From: Candidatus Omnitrophota bacterium
Lineage (GTDB): Bacteria > Omnitrophota > Gorgyraeia > Gorgyraeales > Gorgyraeaceae
Assembly: GCA_042571405.1 (NCBI GenBank)
Contig: JBHPHU010000003.1
Span: 3,838-67,837 of the forward strand
Reading direction: 5' to 3'
Length of the DNA stretch: 64,000 nucleotides
Under the pieces are notes generated by a model that had not been told where the DNA came from, did no database searches, and worked only from the letters and a program-made list of their open reading frames with translations. Positions 34,827-44,544 of the stretch are shown here, piece by piece; position 1 is the stretch's first letter; each line of letters starts with the position of its first letter. The position numbers and the translations under genes were made by a program.

Positions 34827-35611
34827 GGTCTATATTAATTATTTTAATATCTTTTTGCCTTGTAGGTTGGATATTTCAAAGCGATGCGGCAAGAAAAAAC
34901 AAAGAGGCAAATAGATTATACAGCGAAGACAAGATTGACGATGCTTTATCAAAATGGCGGGATGCTCAAGTAGATAGTCCTGAAAAAAAAGAGCTGCATT
35001 ATAATATAGGCGGCGCGCTACACGAGCAAAAAAACTATGAAGAGGCCTCCGGCGAATATGAAAAGGCATTGGATGCGAAAGATGATGAACTCAAAGCCAA
35101 GACGTATTATAATATTGGAAACACGTATTACAGAATGGGCAAGTTACCCGAAGCAATAGAAGGTTATGAAAAGTGCTTAGAAATAACGCCTGATGATGAA
35201 GATGCGAAGTATAATATAAAGTTTATCAAAGAAGAAATAGAAAAGCAGAAACAAGAACAGCAGAATCAGGGCGAGCAAAACGAAGAAAAACAAGAACAGC
35301 AGCAGGAAGACCAGCAAGACCAGCAAGAGCAAAGGTCACAACAGCAACAGGGTCAAGAGAAACAAGAGTCGCAAGCTGAAAGCCATAAGCCACAAGAAGA
35401 AGGTGAAGAAGAAGAGAAGCAAGCCTTGAAAGAAGAAGATAGCGAGCAACAGGAGAGCGACGAGCGGCAAGCGATGAGCGGTGAAAAAGAGATGTCAGAA
35501 GAAGATGCCATGCGACTGCTTGATGCATTAAAAGACGACGAAAAAGACCTGCAAAAGGAATTAAGGATCCAGCCAGCAGAAGGCAGGTATAGAGTAGACA
35601 AGGATTGGTAG
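34823..35611 (+). CDS. batC: BatC-like TPR protein with long Glu/Gln-rich low-complexity tail
   Basis: TPR repeats (YYNIGNTYYRMGKLPEAIEGYEKCLEITPDDEDAKYNI), then QEQQNQGEQNEEKQEQQQEDQQDQQEQ... tail. Confidence 0.75.
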   Translation: MRSILIILISFCLVGWIFQSDAARKNKEANRLYSEDKIDDALSKWRDAQVDSPEKKELHYNIGGALHEQKNYEEASGEYEKALDAKDDELKAKTYYNIGNTYYRMGKLPEAIEGYEKCLEITPDDEDAKYNIKFIKEEIEKQKQEQQNQGEQNEEKQEQQQEDQQDQQEQRSQQQQGQEKQESQAESHKPQEEGEEEEKQALKEEDSEQQESDERQAMSGEKEMSEEDAMRLLDALKDDEKDLQKELRIQPAEGRYRVDKDW

Positions 35612-35612
35612 T

Positions 35613-35712
35613 TCTTGACTACGCTTGAACAATATTGGACTCTGAGTGACGTCGGAGGGCTTCGAGTGAGCGAAGCAAGAGCTTACTAAATATTCTTCGA
35701 GCTTGTCGAGAA
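35613..35712. repeat. Family-B foldback repeat, copy 2
   Basis: gttcttgactacgcttgaacaatatt...aatattcttcgagcttgtcgagaa between batC and batD. Confidence 0.65.
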
Positions 35713-35722
35713 GAATGATATT

Positions 35723-37579
35723 ATGAAAATTAAGAAATTTTTATTTATAATTTTATACTTGTCCGTAGTTAGTGTTTGTTACGCTCAGGATATCTCTATA
35801 TCTGCCAATGTAGACAAGCAGGAGATAACTCTGGATGATCAGATCATTCTTAACATAGTTGTAAGCGGCAGTATTTCAAATATTCCACAACCAACAATTC
35901 CCAGCCTGGATGGGTTTACCGCGTATTCTTCAGGCAGGTCACAGAACGTCTCAATTATAAACGGTCAGATAACAAGTTCGGTTTCTTTCAATTATATGCT
36001 TGTTCCCAATGATGTCGGTAAATATGTCCTGGGCCCGTTCAGTATCGAGTATAAAAATAATACCTATTCAGCTGAAGCAATAGATGTAAAAGTATTGCCG
36101 CGCTCTGCCCAGCCAACAGCGCCGTCTTATTCCACCCCTGATTATAATGACGGGGAGCAGGGAGCGGCGAACGGGTCACGGGAAACGGGTCACGGGAAAC
36201 GGGAACTATTCATCGAGACCTACGTTGATAAACTCAGGGCTTATGTTAATGAGCAGATAACTTTGACGTTTGCTTTTTATCAGGCAGTAAATCTATTCGA
36301 AAACCCCGCATATAATCCGGCTTCGACCATAGGTTTCTGGACAGAAGATATGCCGCCCCAGAAAAAATACTACAAAATAATAAACGGCACAAAATATCTT
36401 GTCACAGAGATAAAGACAGCGCTTTTTGCGACAAGTCCCGGAGAATTTACCATTGGTTCAGCGAAGCTAGAGGCAAGCGTAGAAGACCTGGAAAGATTTT
36501 CCTCTCGCAGCCCTTTTGATATATTTGACAGGGATCCATTCAGTATGTTCAGGAGAGGAAAGCCTGTCATACTTACTACAGATCCAATAAATGTAGAGAT
36601 ATTGTCTTTACCGGAAGAGGGCAAACCCCTGAACTTTAAAGGTGATGTAGGCACTTTTGATATCGACGCAACTATAGATAAATACACGGTTGAGGAAAAC
36701 CAACCTGTAACGCTAAAAATTACAATAAAGGGAAAAGGGAATATAAAGACGATTTCCTCCCCTGTTATTCCGGAAAATCCGGATATAAAATTCTATGACT
36801 CAGGAAGCTCTGAAAATATATCCAAGGAAAACTATGTTGTCCAGGGAGAAAAGATATTCGAAAAGATGATCATACCGAAAAGTGAAGGCAAATTTACAAT
36901 AGGGCCTGTAGAATATTCTTATTTTGATCCTTCCCTGAAGAAGTATATTGAAATAAAAATAGACCCGATGACGATAAGCGCGACAGTATCAGAAGAAGCG
37001 TTACCAGCGACAATGCCTTTTTCAATGTCAGGGCTATCTAAAGAAGAAGTAAAGCTCTTAAAGAAAGATATATGTTATATCAAGACCCACCCTGCTAATT
37101 TCAGAAAAAAAGCGTCTTTTCTCTATGAGAATAAAGTATTTTATTTATTAAATATTCTACCGCTAGCGTTTCTTATATTCCTTTATATATACGAGCTCCA
37201 CAAGGAGAGATTGAGGACTGATATAGGATACGCGCGTTCGCGCAGGGCAAGAGGAGCTGCCTCAAAGAGGCTAAAGAAGGCGCAGCAGATTATGCTAAAA
37301 GATAGGGTGAAAGAGTTTTATGCCGAGATCTATAAAGCGGTAATAGAATATGTAGCGGATAAATTAAATATCCCGCACCCTTCCATTACAAAAGACCTTC
37401 TTGAAGAAAAATTAAAAGAAAAAGGATTCTCCGAGCAGCTTATAGAAGAACTAAAAGGCCTTTTCGATATTTGCGATATGGCCAGGTTTGCTTCAGTAAG
37501 CTTTACAAAACAGGACATGCATAAGTCGCTTGAAGAGGCAACTGATATAATTTCGGGACTCGAGAGAATAAGGCAATGA
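35723..37579 (+). CDS. batD: BatD oxygen-tolerance protein
   Basis: 618 aa, signal peptide, characteristic BatD N-terminal domain, C-terminal TM + cytoplasmic tail; contains in-frame heptad tract 36171-36205. Confidence 0.8.
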   Translation: MKIKKFLFIILYLSVVSVCYAQDISISANVDKQEITLDDQIILNIVVSGSISNIPQPTIPSLDGFTAYSSGRSQNVSIINGQITSSVSFNYMLVPNDVGKYVLGPFSIEYKNNTYSAEAIDVKVLPRSAQPTAPSYSTPDYNDGEQGAANGSRETGHGKRELFIETYVDKLRAYVNEQITLTFAFYQAVNLFENPAYNPASTIGFWTEDMPPQKKYYKIINGTKYLVTEIKTALFATSPGEFTIGSAKLEASVEDLERFSSRSPFDIFDRDPFSMFRRGKPVILTTDPINVEILSLPEEGKPLNFKGDVGTFDIDATIDKYTVEENQPVTLKITIKGKGNIKTISSPVIPENPDIKFYDSGSSENISKENYVVQGEKIFEKMIIPKSEGKFTIGPVEYSYFDPSLKKYIEIKIDPMTISATVSEEALPATMPFSMSGLSKEEVKLLKKDICYIKTHPANFRKKASFLYENKVFYLLNILPLAFLIFLYIYELHKERLRTDIGYARSRRARGAASKRLKKAQQIMLKDRVKEFYAEIYKAVIEYVADKLNIPHPSITKDLLEEKLKEKGFSEQLIEELKGLFDICDMARFASVSFTKQDMHKSLEEATDIISGLERIRQ

Positions 37580-37580
37580 C

Positions 37581-38333
37581 ATGAAGAATATTATTTTATG
37601 TTTCGCGATAATTTTAATTTTTAGCAGCGTAGCGTTAGCCCAGTCGCCGGATGATGTCTATCGAAGGGCAAACTTGAGCTACGAGGATGAGGAGTATGAA
37701 GAAGCAGCGTCACTTTACGAGACGCTTATCCAGATGGATAAGGTTAACCCCGAGGTATTTTATAACCTCGCAAATAGTTTCTTTAAATTAAAGAAGATCG
37801 GCAAGGCCATTGTGAATTACGAACGCGCGTTAAGGCTTGCGCCGAGAGATAAGGATATACTGCTCAATCTTAAACTCGCGCGCTCAATGACGGTAGATAA
37901 AATAGAGACTCCGGAAAGAGGATTTTTGTTGAATTTTATTTTATTTCCGTACGATAGGTTAACTGTCAATGAACTGACGATTTTTGTCTCGGTCTTTTAT
38001 CTCTTGATAATTTTGCTTTTAATCTTTTCGATATTTTTTATTGAAAAAAGAATTGCCATTTTTTATAATGTTGGTATAATTACATTTTTATTGATCATAT
38101 TTTCGATCTTTCTAAGCTCAAAAATACGCAACGAGAATTTTGTAAAAGAGGCTGTAGTGGTTTCTGAAAAAGTCAATGTCAGAAGCGGGCCCAAGGATGA
38201 TTATCTTTTACAATTTACTCTGCATGAAGGCACAAAGGTTAGGGTAGTAGAAGAAAGACAGCTCTGGTACGAGATCGATCTCTCAAAGGATCTTCGCGGG
38301 TGGCTCCCTAAAGATAGCGTCGAGAGGATCTAA
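37581..38333 (+). CDS. batE: BatE-like protein (TPR + TM segments + C-terminal SH3b-like domain)
   Basis: TPR region (YNLANSFFKLKKIGKAIVNYERALRLAP), two TM helices, C-terminal ...VNVRSGPKDDYLLQFTLHEGTKVRVVEERQLWYEI... SH3b. Confidence 0.7.
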   Translation: MKNIILCFAIILIFSSVALAQSPDDVYRRANLSYEDEEYEEAASLYETLIQMDKVNPEVFYNLANSFFKLKKIGKAIVNYERALRLAPRDKDILLNLKLARSMTVDKIETPERGFLLNFILFPYDRLTVNELTIFVSVFYLLIILLLIFSIFFIEKRIAIFYNVGIITFLLIIFSIFLSSKIRNENFVKEAVVVSEKVNVRSGPKDDYLLQFTLHEGTKVRVVEERQLWYEIDLSKDLRGWLPKDSVERI

Positions 38334-38422
38334 GCTTTACGCTGTAGACCAAGTTTCCTCCTTCGTTAAAGCTGCGGAGAGACAAGTAAATCTAGTCTAC
38401 TTTTTCTACTATTTCCGTCTAA

Positions 38423-38470
38423 ACACAATATATAGTTGTTTCCCAGCCAGAAAATATCAATATATTGTAT
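38423..38470. promoter_or_regulatory. two NrdR-box-like palindromes (ACACAATATATAGTTGT and ATATCAATATATTGTAT) spaced 31 bp, followed by TTGACT-16-TATACT promoter of nrdJ
   Basis: Box 1 38423-38439, box 2 38454-38470 match NrdR consensus acaCwAtATaTwGtgt; promoter -35 38478-38483, -10 38500-38505. Confidence 0.55.
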
Positions 38471-38542
38471 TTTTAACTTGACTTGAAATTTTTAAGTGCT
38501 ATACTTTTTTAGTATTCTTAAAACAAAAAATTTTTAAGGAGG

Positions 38543-41500
38543 GTGAACATGCAAGTAGAAGTAAAAGGCTCAAAAAAATTGAATATCTCTGAAAATTGTC
38601 TAAAGGTACTCGAGAGAAGATATCTGAAAAAAGACAAAGAGGGAAAAATTATAGAGACCCCGGAAGAGATGTTCGCCAGGGTCAGCCGCCACATAGCATC
38701 AGCAGATAAACTTTACGGCGCGACAGATGCTGATGTAAAAAAGACAGAAGATAATTTTTATAATATGATGAGTAGTTTTGAATTTATGCCGAATAGCCCC
38801 ACCCTAATGAACGCGGGAAAGGATCTTGCTCAGCTCTCAGCTTGCTTTGTTTTGCCCATAGAAGATTCCATGGAGTCTATATTTGAAGCAGTAAAGAATA
38901 CTGCTTTGATTCATCGGTCCGGTGGTGGAACAGGATTTAGCTTTTCAAGGCTGCGTCCTAAAAATAGCGTTGTTCGCTCTACCGGAGGCGTCTCAAGCGG
39001 TCCTGTTTCTTTTATGAAGGTATTTAATGCTGCAACTCAAGCTGTGAAGCAGGGAGGGTGTGTAGAAGAAAATACAATTATAGCTACAGAGAAAGGTCTT
39101 CTGCCGATCAAAGAACTTGGCAGCGCATCACCTGGATATTATGATAACCTATATCTCAAAGTTTGTAGTGATGATGGTTTAAAGATGGCAGATCAGTTTT
39201 ACAATAATGGTATTCAACCAGTGAAGACTATAATTACAAAGGAAGGTTATAAATTTACTGCAACCCTGAACCATAAGATCAGAGTTATTGACAGTGAAGG
39301 TAACTATGTATGGAGAGAATTAAAGGATGTAGAAGAGGGCGATTGGGTTGCTTTACAGATGGATACATTTACAGGGAAGAGACTTAAATTTGAGAAATTT
39401 ATCAGAGATTTTCATTTTAATGCTAAAACGTGTAGTTTGCCTTCTGAGATGGATATGGGTTTAGCGGAATTGATTGGTTACTACATAGGAGATGGCTGTT
39501 TCCATAAAGGAAAACTAATGTTGGCAGTCCCTCATGATTGTTTAGAGCTTAAGGACTATTTTGACAATCTCGTTAATAGAATCTTTAATATTAACAGTCG
39601 AGTCGAACAAAAAATAGATGATAAAAGCATTAATTTGATCTACCACAGTCAGATGCTTGTTGAATGGCTGAAATCTATAGGTGTTAATAAATTAGATTCA
39701 CTGCACGCATTTATACCGGAAGTGATTTTAAAAGGTAACAGAGAATGCGCTGAGGCTTTTGTGAAAGGTTTATTCGAGGCAGATGGGACGATTGATAAAC
39801 AAGGTTATAGCATTACTTTGACTTCTATTTCTCAAAAATTAATAGATCAATTACAAGTTCTATTGCTAAGTTTAGGCATACCTTCGCGTGTCCGGATTAA
39901 CGCAAATAGAGAATCTTCTCGTGGAAAAAATAAACTTTATATTTTAATGATTTCCACTCCAAAAGGATTGGAAACCTATAAAAAAAGAGTAGGTTTTTTA
40001 AGTAGAAAGAAGAAAGAAAGACTTAATCATATTATAAAAAGAGATGTTAGCTACAATGATATTATTCCAAATCAGTCAAAACAGTTTAGAGAATTTTATG
40101 AGAATCTGATATTAAAACCGAGAAATCAATTTTATAGGAAGGTTTACCATTATCTTGATGGTATAAGAGATGAAAGAAGTCTTACGCGTGCTAAGGCTGA
40201 AACTCTGGTGGAAGAATACGATTTTTTACAAGAGAGTTTTATTGAAGACATCCTTTCTAAAAATCAGTATTATGGCCGAGTAGAAAAGGTTAGCTTTTCG
40301 CATACACGCACCTTAGATTTAGTCGTACCTGATGGGCATACATACATTGCCAATGGTTTTGTCAGTCATAATACTCGTCGTGGCGCAAACATGGGAATGT
40401 TGCGTGTCGACCACTCTGATATCTTGGAATTTATTAAATGTAAAGAAGATGACAAAGAGATAACCAACTTCAATATTTCTATTTCAATTACGGAAGATTT
40501 TATGAATCGTGTTATAGAAGATAAAGAGTATGATTTGATAGATCCTCATACAAAAAAGACTACAGGAACCCTGAAAGCCAAAGAGGTTTTTGAACTTATT
40601 GTTGAAAAGGCATGGAAGAACGGAGAACCCGGAATTATTTTTATTGACAGGATGAATAAATTTAACCCTACACCAAAGCTAGGGCAGTATGAGTCGACTA
40701 ACCCATGTGGGGAGCAAATTCTGCTACCTTTTGAAAGCTGTAACTTAGGTAGTATAAATCTCTCAAAAGTAGTAGTCGAGAAAAACGGAAACAGCCAAGT
40801 AGATTGGGAAAAATTAAAAACTTTGGTGCATCATGGTGTGCATTTTCTAGATAATGTAATCGACAAGAATAAGTTTCCTTTAAAGGAAATAGAAGAGATG
40901 ACCAAGAGGAATAGAAAGATTGGTCTTGGAGTAATGGGTTTGGCAGATATGTTGATCAAGCTCGAGATACCTTATAATAGTGATAAGGCAATAGAGTTAG
41001 CGGAAAAGGTCATGAGTTTTATAAGCGAAACAGCCATAGATAAATCTCGAGACTCAGTACGAACAAGAGGTTCGTTCCCTTCATTTAATGACAGTGTGTT
41101 TGCAGAGAAGGGCGAAGAGAAAATGCGGAATGCTACCTTGACAACTATTGCGCCCACAGGCACCATTTCAATTATATCCAATGCCTCGAGCGGCATAGAG
41201 CCTCTGTTTGCGATCTCGTATTGCAGGAATGTCATGGATAACGACAAGCTGATCGAGGTAAATCCATTATTCGAAGAGATCGCGAAAAAAGAAGGGTTTT
41301 ATTCCAGAAAGTTAATGGAAGAGATAGCTGATAAAGGTTCTGTGAGGGACATAAAAGAGGTGCCTGAAAAATACAGGAAGATATTTGTTACTTCGCACGA
41401 TATCGCGCCTATCTGGCACATAAGGATGCAGGCGGCATTCCAGAGGCATACAGACAACGCGGTATCAAAGACAGTAAATTTTCACAATGAAGCTTCCAGG

Positions 41501-42154
41501 GATGATGTGAAAGAGGTTTACATGCTTGCGTATAAATTGGGTTGCAAGGGTGTAACTATTTACAGGGATAAAAGCAGGGAGGAACAGGTGTTGAATATAA
41601 GCTCAAAAAAGACAAAAACAGAACCAGCCAAAGATACTGCTACAAAAGAGAAACACGTTGCGCCGCGTCCAAGACCTGCAGTGACAACAGGTACAACTAC
41701 AAAGGTCAATACAGGCTGTGGCAACCTTTATATTACTATAAACGTAGATGATAATGCCATGCCTTTTGAGGTATTTATCCAGATGGGAAAGGCAGGCGGC
41801 TGTGCCGCGAGTCAGCTTGAAGCAGTGGGAAGACTTGTGTCTCTGGCACTTCGTTCCGGTGTGGAAAATAAGAAGATCGTGTCCCAGCTAAGGGGTATAC
41901 GCTGCCCGTCACCGTCATGGGAAAAAGGCGGGAGGATCTTCTCATGCGCTGATGCTATTGCCAGGGTACTGGAACTTAGGCTGGGCAATGGAAAGATGCA
42001 TCACAAAGAAGAAGAACTGGAAAAACATTCTCCTCATACAATGATAGAAGATAAGCTGGGCAATGTCGTAGGCGTGTGCCCTGATTGCGGCGCCGCATTA
42101 CGCCATGAAGAGGGCTGTGTAGTCTGCCGCTCATGTGGTTATTCAAAGTGTTAA
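38543..42154 (+). CDS. nrdJ: adenosylcobalamin-dependent (class II) ribonucleotide reductase NrdJ, interrupted by a 438-aa LAGLIDADG intein; C-terminal Zn-ribbon
   Basis: Extein motifs [27 protein letters not shown]-terminal CPDCG...CVVCRSCG; extein 765 aa. Confidence 0.85.
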   Translation: MNMQVEVKGSKKLNISENCLKVLERRYLKKDKEGKIIETPEEMFARVSRHIASADKLYGATDADVKKTEDNFYNMMSSFEFMPNSPTLMNAGKDLAQLSACFVLPIEDSMESIFEAVKNTALIHRSGGGTGFSFSRLRPKNSVVRSTGGVSSGPVSFMKVFNAATQAVKQGGCVEENTIIATEKGLLPIKELGSASPGYYDNLYLKVCSDDGLKMADQFYNNGIQPVKTIITKEGYKFTATLNHKIRVIDSEGNYVWRELKDVEEGDWVALQMDTFTGKRLKFEKFIRDFHFNAKTCSLPSEMDMGLAELIGYYIGDGCFHKGKLMLAVPHDCLELKDYFDNLVNRIFNINSRVEQKIDDKSINLIYHSQMLVEWLKSIGVNKLDSLHAFIPEVILKGNRECAEAFVKGLFEADGTIDKQGYSITLTSISQKLIDQLQVLLLSLGIPSRVRINANRESSRGKNKLYILMISTPKGLETYKKRVGFLSRKKKERLNHIIKRDVSYNDIIPNQSKQFREFYENLILKPRNQFYRKVYHYLDGIRDERSLTRAKAETLVEEYDFLQESFIEDILSKNQYYGRVEKVSFSHTRTLDLVVPDGHTYIANGFVSHNTRRGANMGMLRVDHSDILEFIKCKEDDKEITNFNISISITEDFMNRVIEDKEYDLIDPHTKKTTGTLKAKEVFELIVEKAWKNGEPGIIFIDRMNKFNPTPKLGQYESTNPCGEQILLPFESCNLGSINLSKVVVEKNGNSQVDWEKLKTLVHHGVHFLDNVIDKNKFPLKEIEEMTKRNRKIGLGVMGLADMLIKLEIPYNSDKAIELAEKVMSFISETAIDKSRDSVRTRGSFPSFNDSVFAEKGEEKMRNATLTTIAPTGTISIISNASSGIEPLFAISYCRNVMDNDKLIEVNPLFEEIAKKEGFYSRKLMEEIADKGSVRDIKEVPEKYRKIFVTSHDIAPIWHIRMQAAFQRHTDNAVSKTVNFHNEASRDDVKEVYMLAYKLGCKGVTIYRDKSREEQVLNISSKKTKTEPAKDTATKEKHVAPRPRPAVTTGTTTKVNTGCGNLYITINVDDNAMPFEVFIQMGKAGGCAASQLEAVGRLVSLALRSGVENKKIVSQLRGIRCPSPSWEKGGRIFSCADAIARVLELRLGNGKMHHKEEELEKHSPHTMIEDKLGNVVGVCPDCGAALRHEEGCVVCRSCGYSKC
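39059..40372 (+). mobile_element. intein with LAGLIDADG homing-endonuclease domain inserted in nrdJ
   Basis: Begins Cys (..VKQGG|CVEENTII..), LAGLIDADG blocks [14 protein letters not shown] and [12 protein letters not shown], ends ...IANGFVSHN|T; flanking exteins reconstitute conserved RNR ...[13 protein letters not shown]. Confidence 0.8.
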
Positions 42155-42166
42155 ATTAGAAATGTC

Positions 42167-42210
42167 ATTCCCGCGAAAGCCAGCGGCCTTGCCGCTAGGC
42201 AGGCGGGAAT
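42167..42210 (+). terminator. long GC hairpin after nrdJ (ATTCCCGCGAAAGCCAGCGGC-CTT-GCCGCTAGGCAGGCGGGAAT)
   Basis: ~20-bp imperfect stem 13 nt after nrdJ stop; no strong T-run, followed by Family-B copy 3. Confidence 0.4.
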
Positions 42211-42231
42211 CTAAAACCATGGATTTTCTCT

Positions 42232-42301
42232 AATATTGTTCGAGCGAAGCCAAAATATCCTTCTCGACGTTGCTCGAAGAATATTTTGGCGAAGTCGAGA
42301 A
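42232..42301. repeat. Family-B foldback repeat, copy 3 (permuted arrangement)
   Basis: aatattgttcgagcg...ttctcgac...gctcgaagaatatt...gtcgagaa between nrdJ and dcd. Confidence 0.6.
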
Positions 42302-42311
42302 CTATAATCTT

Positions 42312-42857
42312 ATGTCAATTCAACCCGACAACTGGATCAAACGAATGGCTTTAGAATGCGACATGATAAAGCCATTCGAGCCTCAGCAGGTAAAAAATAA
42401 AAACATTTCCTACGGTCTTTCCAGCTTCGGCTATGACATAAGGATCGCTGACGAATTCAAGATTTTTAAGGGCAAAACCACGCTTGATCCAAAAAAAGTA
42501 TCTCCTGACCTATTCGAAGATTTTAAAGGCCCTGTCTGTATTATCCCGCCAACTTCTTTTGTCTTAGCGCGTTCCCTTGAATATTTCAAAATCCCAAGAA
42601 ACGTCCTTGTGCTCTCTACAGGCAAAAGCACCTATGCCAGGATCGGTGTAATAGTAAACATAACCCCATTAGAGCCGGAATGGGAAGGTTACATAACAAT
42701 AGCAATAAGCAACACTTCCTCAAACCCCGCAAAACTTTACTCAAACGAAGGCATTGCCCAGGCAGTCTTCTTCGAGTCAGCCGAAACATGCCAAACCAGC
42801 TACGCAGACCGAAAAGGCAGCTACCAAGCCCAAAAAGAAATAACCCTGCCAAAGTAG
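42312..42857 (+). CDS. dcd: dCTP deaminase
   Basis: [15 protein letters not shown]...[16 protein letters not shown]... typical Dcd; ORF-track start 42270 lies in the repeat. Confidence 0.85.
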   Translation: MSIQPDNWIKRMALECDMIKPFEPQQVKNKNISYGLSSFGYDIRIADEFKIFKGKTTLDPKKVSPDLFEDFKGPVCIIPPTSFVLARSLEYFKIPRNVLVLSTGKSTYARIGVIVNITPLEPEWEGYITIAISNTSSNPAKLYSNEGIAQAVFFESAETCQTSYADRKGSYQAQKEITLPK

Positions 42858-42871
42858 TAGACCACTATTAG

Positions 42872-42995
42872 TACCCTATAGGGTATGATTACTATATTTT
42901 TATACCCTAACTGGTAGTATATTTTTTAAATAATACCTTATAGGGTATAAAATTAATAAAAAAATCTTGAAATTATACCCGATATGTGATATACT
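42872..42995. promoter_or_regulatory. hipBST control region: three TACCC-N4-GGGTA palindromes (42872-42885 perfect, 42903-42916, 42934-42947) plus half-site in promoter TTGAAA-17-TATACT (42967-42995)
   Basis: Perfect 14-bp palindrome TACCCTATAGGGTA and two variants; analogous to HipB operators (TATCC-N8-GGATA in E. coli). Confidence 0.55.
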
Positions 42996-43004
42996 TAAAT
43001 TGCC

Positions 43005-43223
43005 ATGAAACAAGATAAGTTACAACAAAACATGATGAATATTTCTTTTCAAATAAAAACTTTGCGGAAGAAAAATGATTTAACACAGATCGAGTTTGCC
43101 AGACGGGCAGGAGTTGGTCTACGTTTTTTAAGAGAGCTTGAACGTGGTAAGACAACAGTAAGAATGGACAAGCTTATGCAAGTTTTGGATTTTCTGGGGT
43201 ATCATCTGGAATTGAAAAGGTGA
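43005..43223 (+). CDS. hipB: HipB-like XRE-family HTH antitoxin/repressor
   Basis: 72 aa; LTQIEFARRAGVGLRFLRELERGKTTVRMDKLMQVLDFLG Cro/C1-type HTH. Confidence 0.7.
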   Translation: MKQDKLQQNMMNISFQIKTLRKKNDLTQIEFARRAGVGLRFLRELERGKTTVRMDKLMQVLDFLGYHLELKR

Positions 43224-43229
43224 TTTTCT

Positions 43230-43553
43230 ATGGATGCATTAAGAAAAGCGCAGGTCTTTTATAAAAATGAATTAGCAGGGAGCATTACAGAAACTCAAAA
43301 CGGCTATACCTTCCAATATGACCATGAATTTTTAAAGAAAAATATTCCGATTTCTATATCGTTACTTCCCAGAGAAGAGCCTTATCATTCAAACGAATTA
43401 TTCCCTTTCTTTAAAGGGCTTCTTCCTGAAGGATGGTATTTGAGTATCGTGAGTGCGACGCAAAAGGTCGACAATAAAGATTATTTTGGTTTATTATTGG
43501 CAAGTGCAAGCAGTGATACCATCGGCGCGGTTACTGTAATAAAAGTGGAATAA
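43230..43553 (+). CDS. hipS: HipS-like protein (stand-alone HipA N-terminal subdomain)
   Basis: 107 aa; corresponds to HipA N-terminal domain encoded as separate gene, as in HipBST systems; FKGLLPEGW motif. Confidence 0.6.
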   Translation: MDALRKAQVFYKNELAGSITETQNGYTFQYDHEFLKKNIPISISLLPREEPYHSNELFPFFKGLLPEGWYLSIVSATQKVDNKDYFGLLLASASSDTIGAVTVIKVE

Positions 43554-43558
43554 TAAAA

Positions 43559-44422
43559 ATGAGTGAGCAATTTCTTAAAAAGATGTTTAATTCTACCAAA
43601 TGGCCGGTCATAAATTTTGACTTAAGAGAGATATCCCAGGAGGCACAGAAGCTGAGCGGTAAACTTTCCATTTCCGGAGTTCAGCCTAAGCTGTCCGTTA
43701 AGTTGGATAAGAAACAAAATATGTTAATCTCTGTGGCTGAAGGCGGGGAATATATTTTAAAACCGCAAACCCCTACTTTTCCTGATATCCCGGAAAACGA
43801 ACAATGTTGTATGGATATTGCCGAAGAATTAGATATAGATGTTCCGCTTCATTGTTTGATTCCTTTAAAAGATAAGAGTTTTGCTTATGTGGTCAAAAGA
43901 TTTGACCGGGAAAAAAGTGTGAAAATTCACCAGGAAGATTTTACGCAAATTCTTGAACAAGTAGATAAATATAAGGGATCGGTAGAACAAATAGGCCGAA
44001 GACTGAAAGAAATATCTTCAGCGCCGGGTTATGATGTTCAATTATTTTTTGAACGGGTTGTTCTTAGCTTTATTCTTGGCAATGGCGATGCTCATTTAAA
44101 AAATTATTCCATTTCTTATAGAGATAAAGATGATATTCGTTTGACACCCGCTTATGATATTGTATGTTCAAAATTGGTTATTCTCGACGAAGAAGACTCA
44201 GCCATAACTATTAATGGGAAAAAGAATAGATTAGAGCGAGAGGATTTCGATGAATTGGCTGAATATTTAAATATCCCTATAAAAGTTCGGTACGAAAAAT
44301 TTAGAAAGAAGTTTGACCTCATCAGAAAAATCATAAAGATTTCCAATATCGACAAGAAAAAACAACAGCAATTTCTTGAAATAATAAAAGAGAGAGTAAG
44401 CCGTTTAAGATTACCAGAATAA
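43559..44422 (+). CDS. hipT: HipT-like HipA-family Ser/Thr kinase toxin (kinase core)
   Basis: 287 aa; Gly-rich loop SISGVQPKLSV and catalytic GNGDAHLKNYS (DxHxKN) motifs of HipA kinases. Confidence 0.7.
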   Translation: MSEQFLKKMFNSTKWPVINFDLREISQEAQKLSGKLSISGVQPKLSVKLDKKQNMLISVAEGGEYILKPQTPTFPDIPENEQCCMDIAEELDIDVPLHCLIPLKDKSFAYVVKRFDREKSVKIHQEDFTQILEQVDKYKGSVEQIGRRLKEISSAPGYDVQLFFERVVLSFILGNGDAHLKNYSISYRDKDDIRLTPAYDIVCSKLVILDEEDSAITINGKKNRLEREDFDELAEYLNIPIKVRYEKFRKKFDLIRKIIKISNIDKKKQQQFLEIIKERVSRLRLPE

Positions 44423-44544
44423 GACCAAACAGAAATAACCCTGCCGAAGTAAAATAATCCAGCATGGCTTGACAAATCACCTTTTTTAGTATAAACTAGA
44501 TTAGTCTAAAATAGATTTTACTAATTATAAGGAGGGCATGGAAA

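Noticed and set aside
35200-35600. Repetitive CAG/CAA/GAA-rich DNA in batC (looks like a tandem repeat at nucleotide level)
   Set aside because: It encodes the Glu/Gln-rich low-complexity tail of BatC in frame; a compositional repeat, not a separate genetic element.
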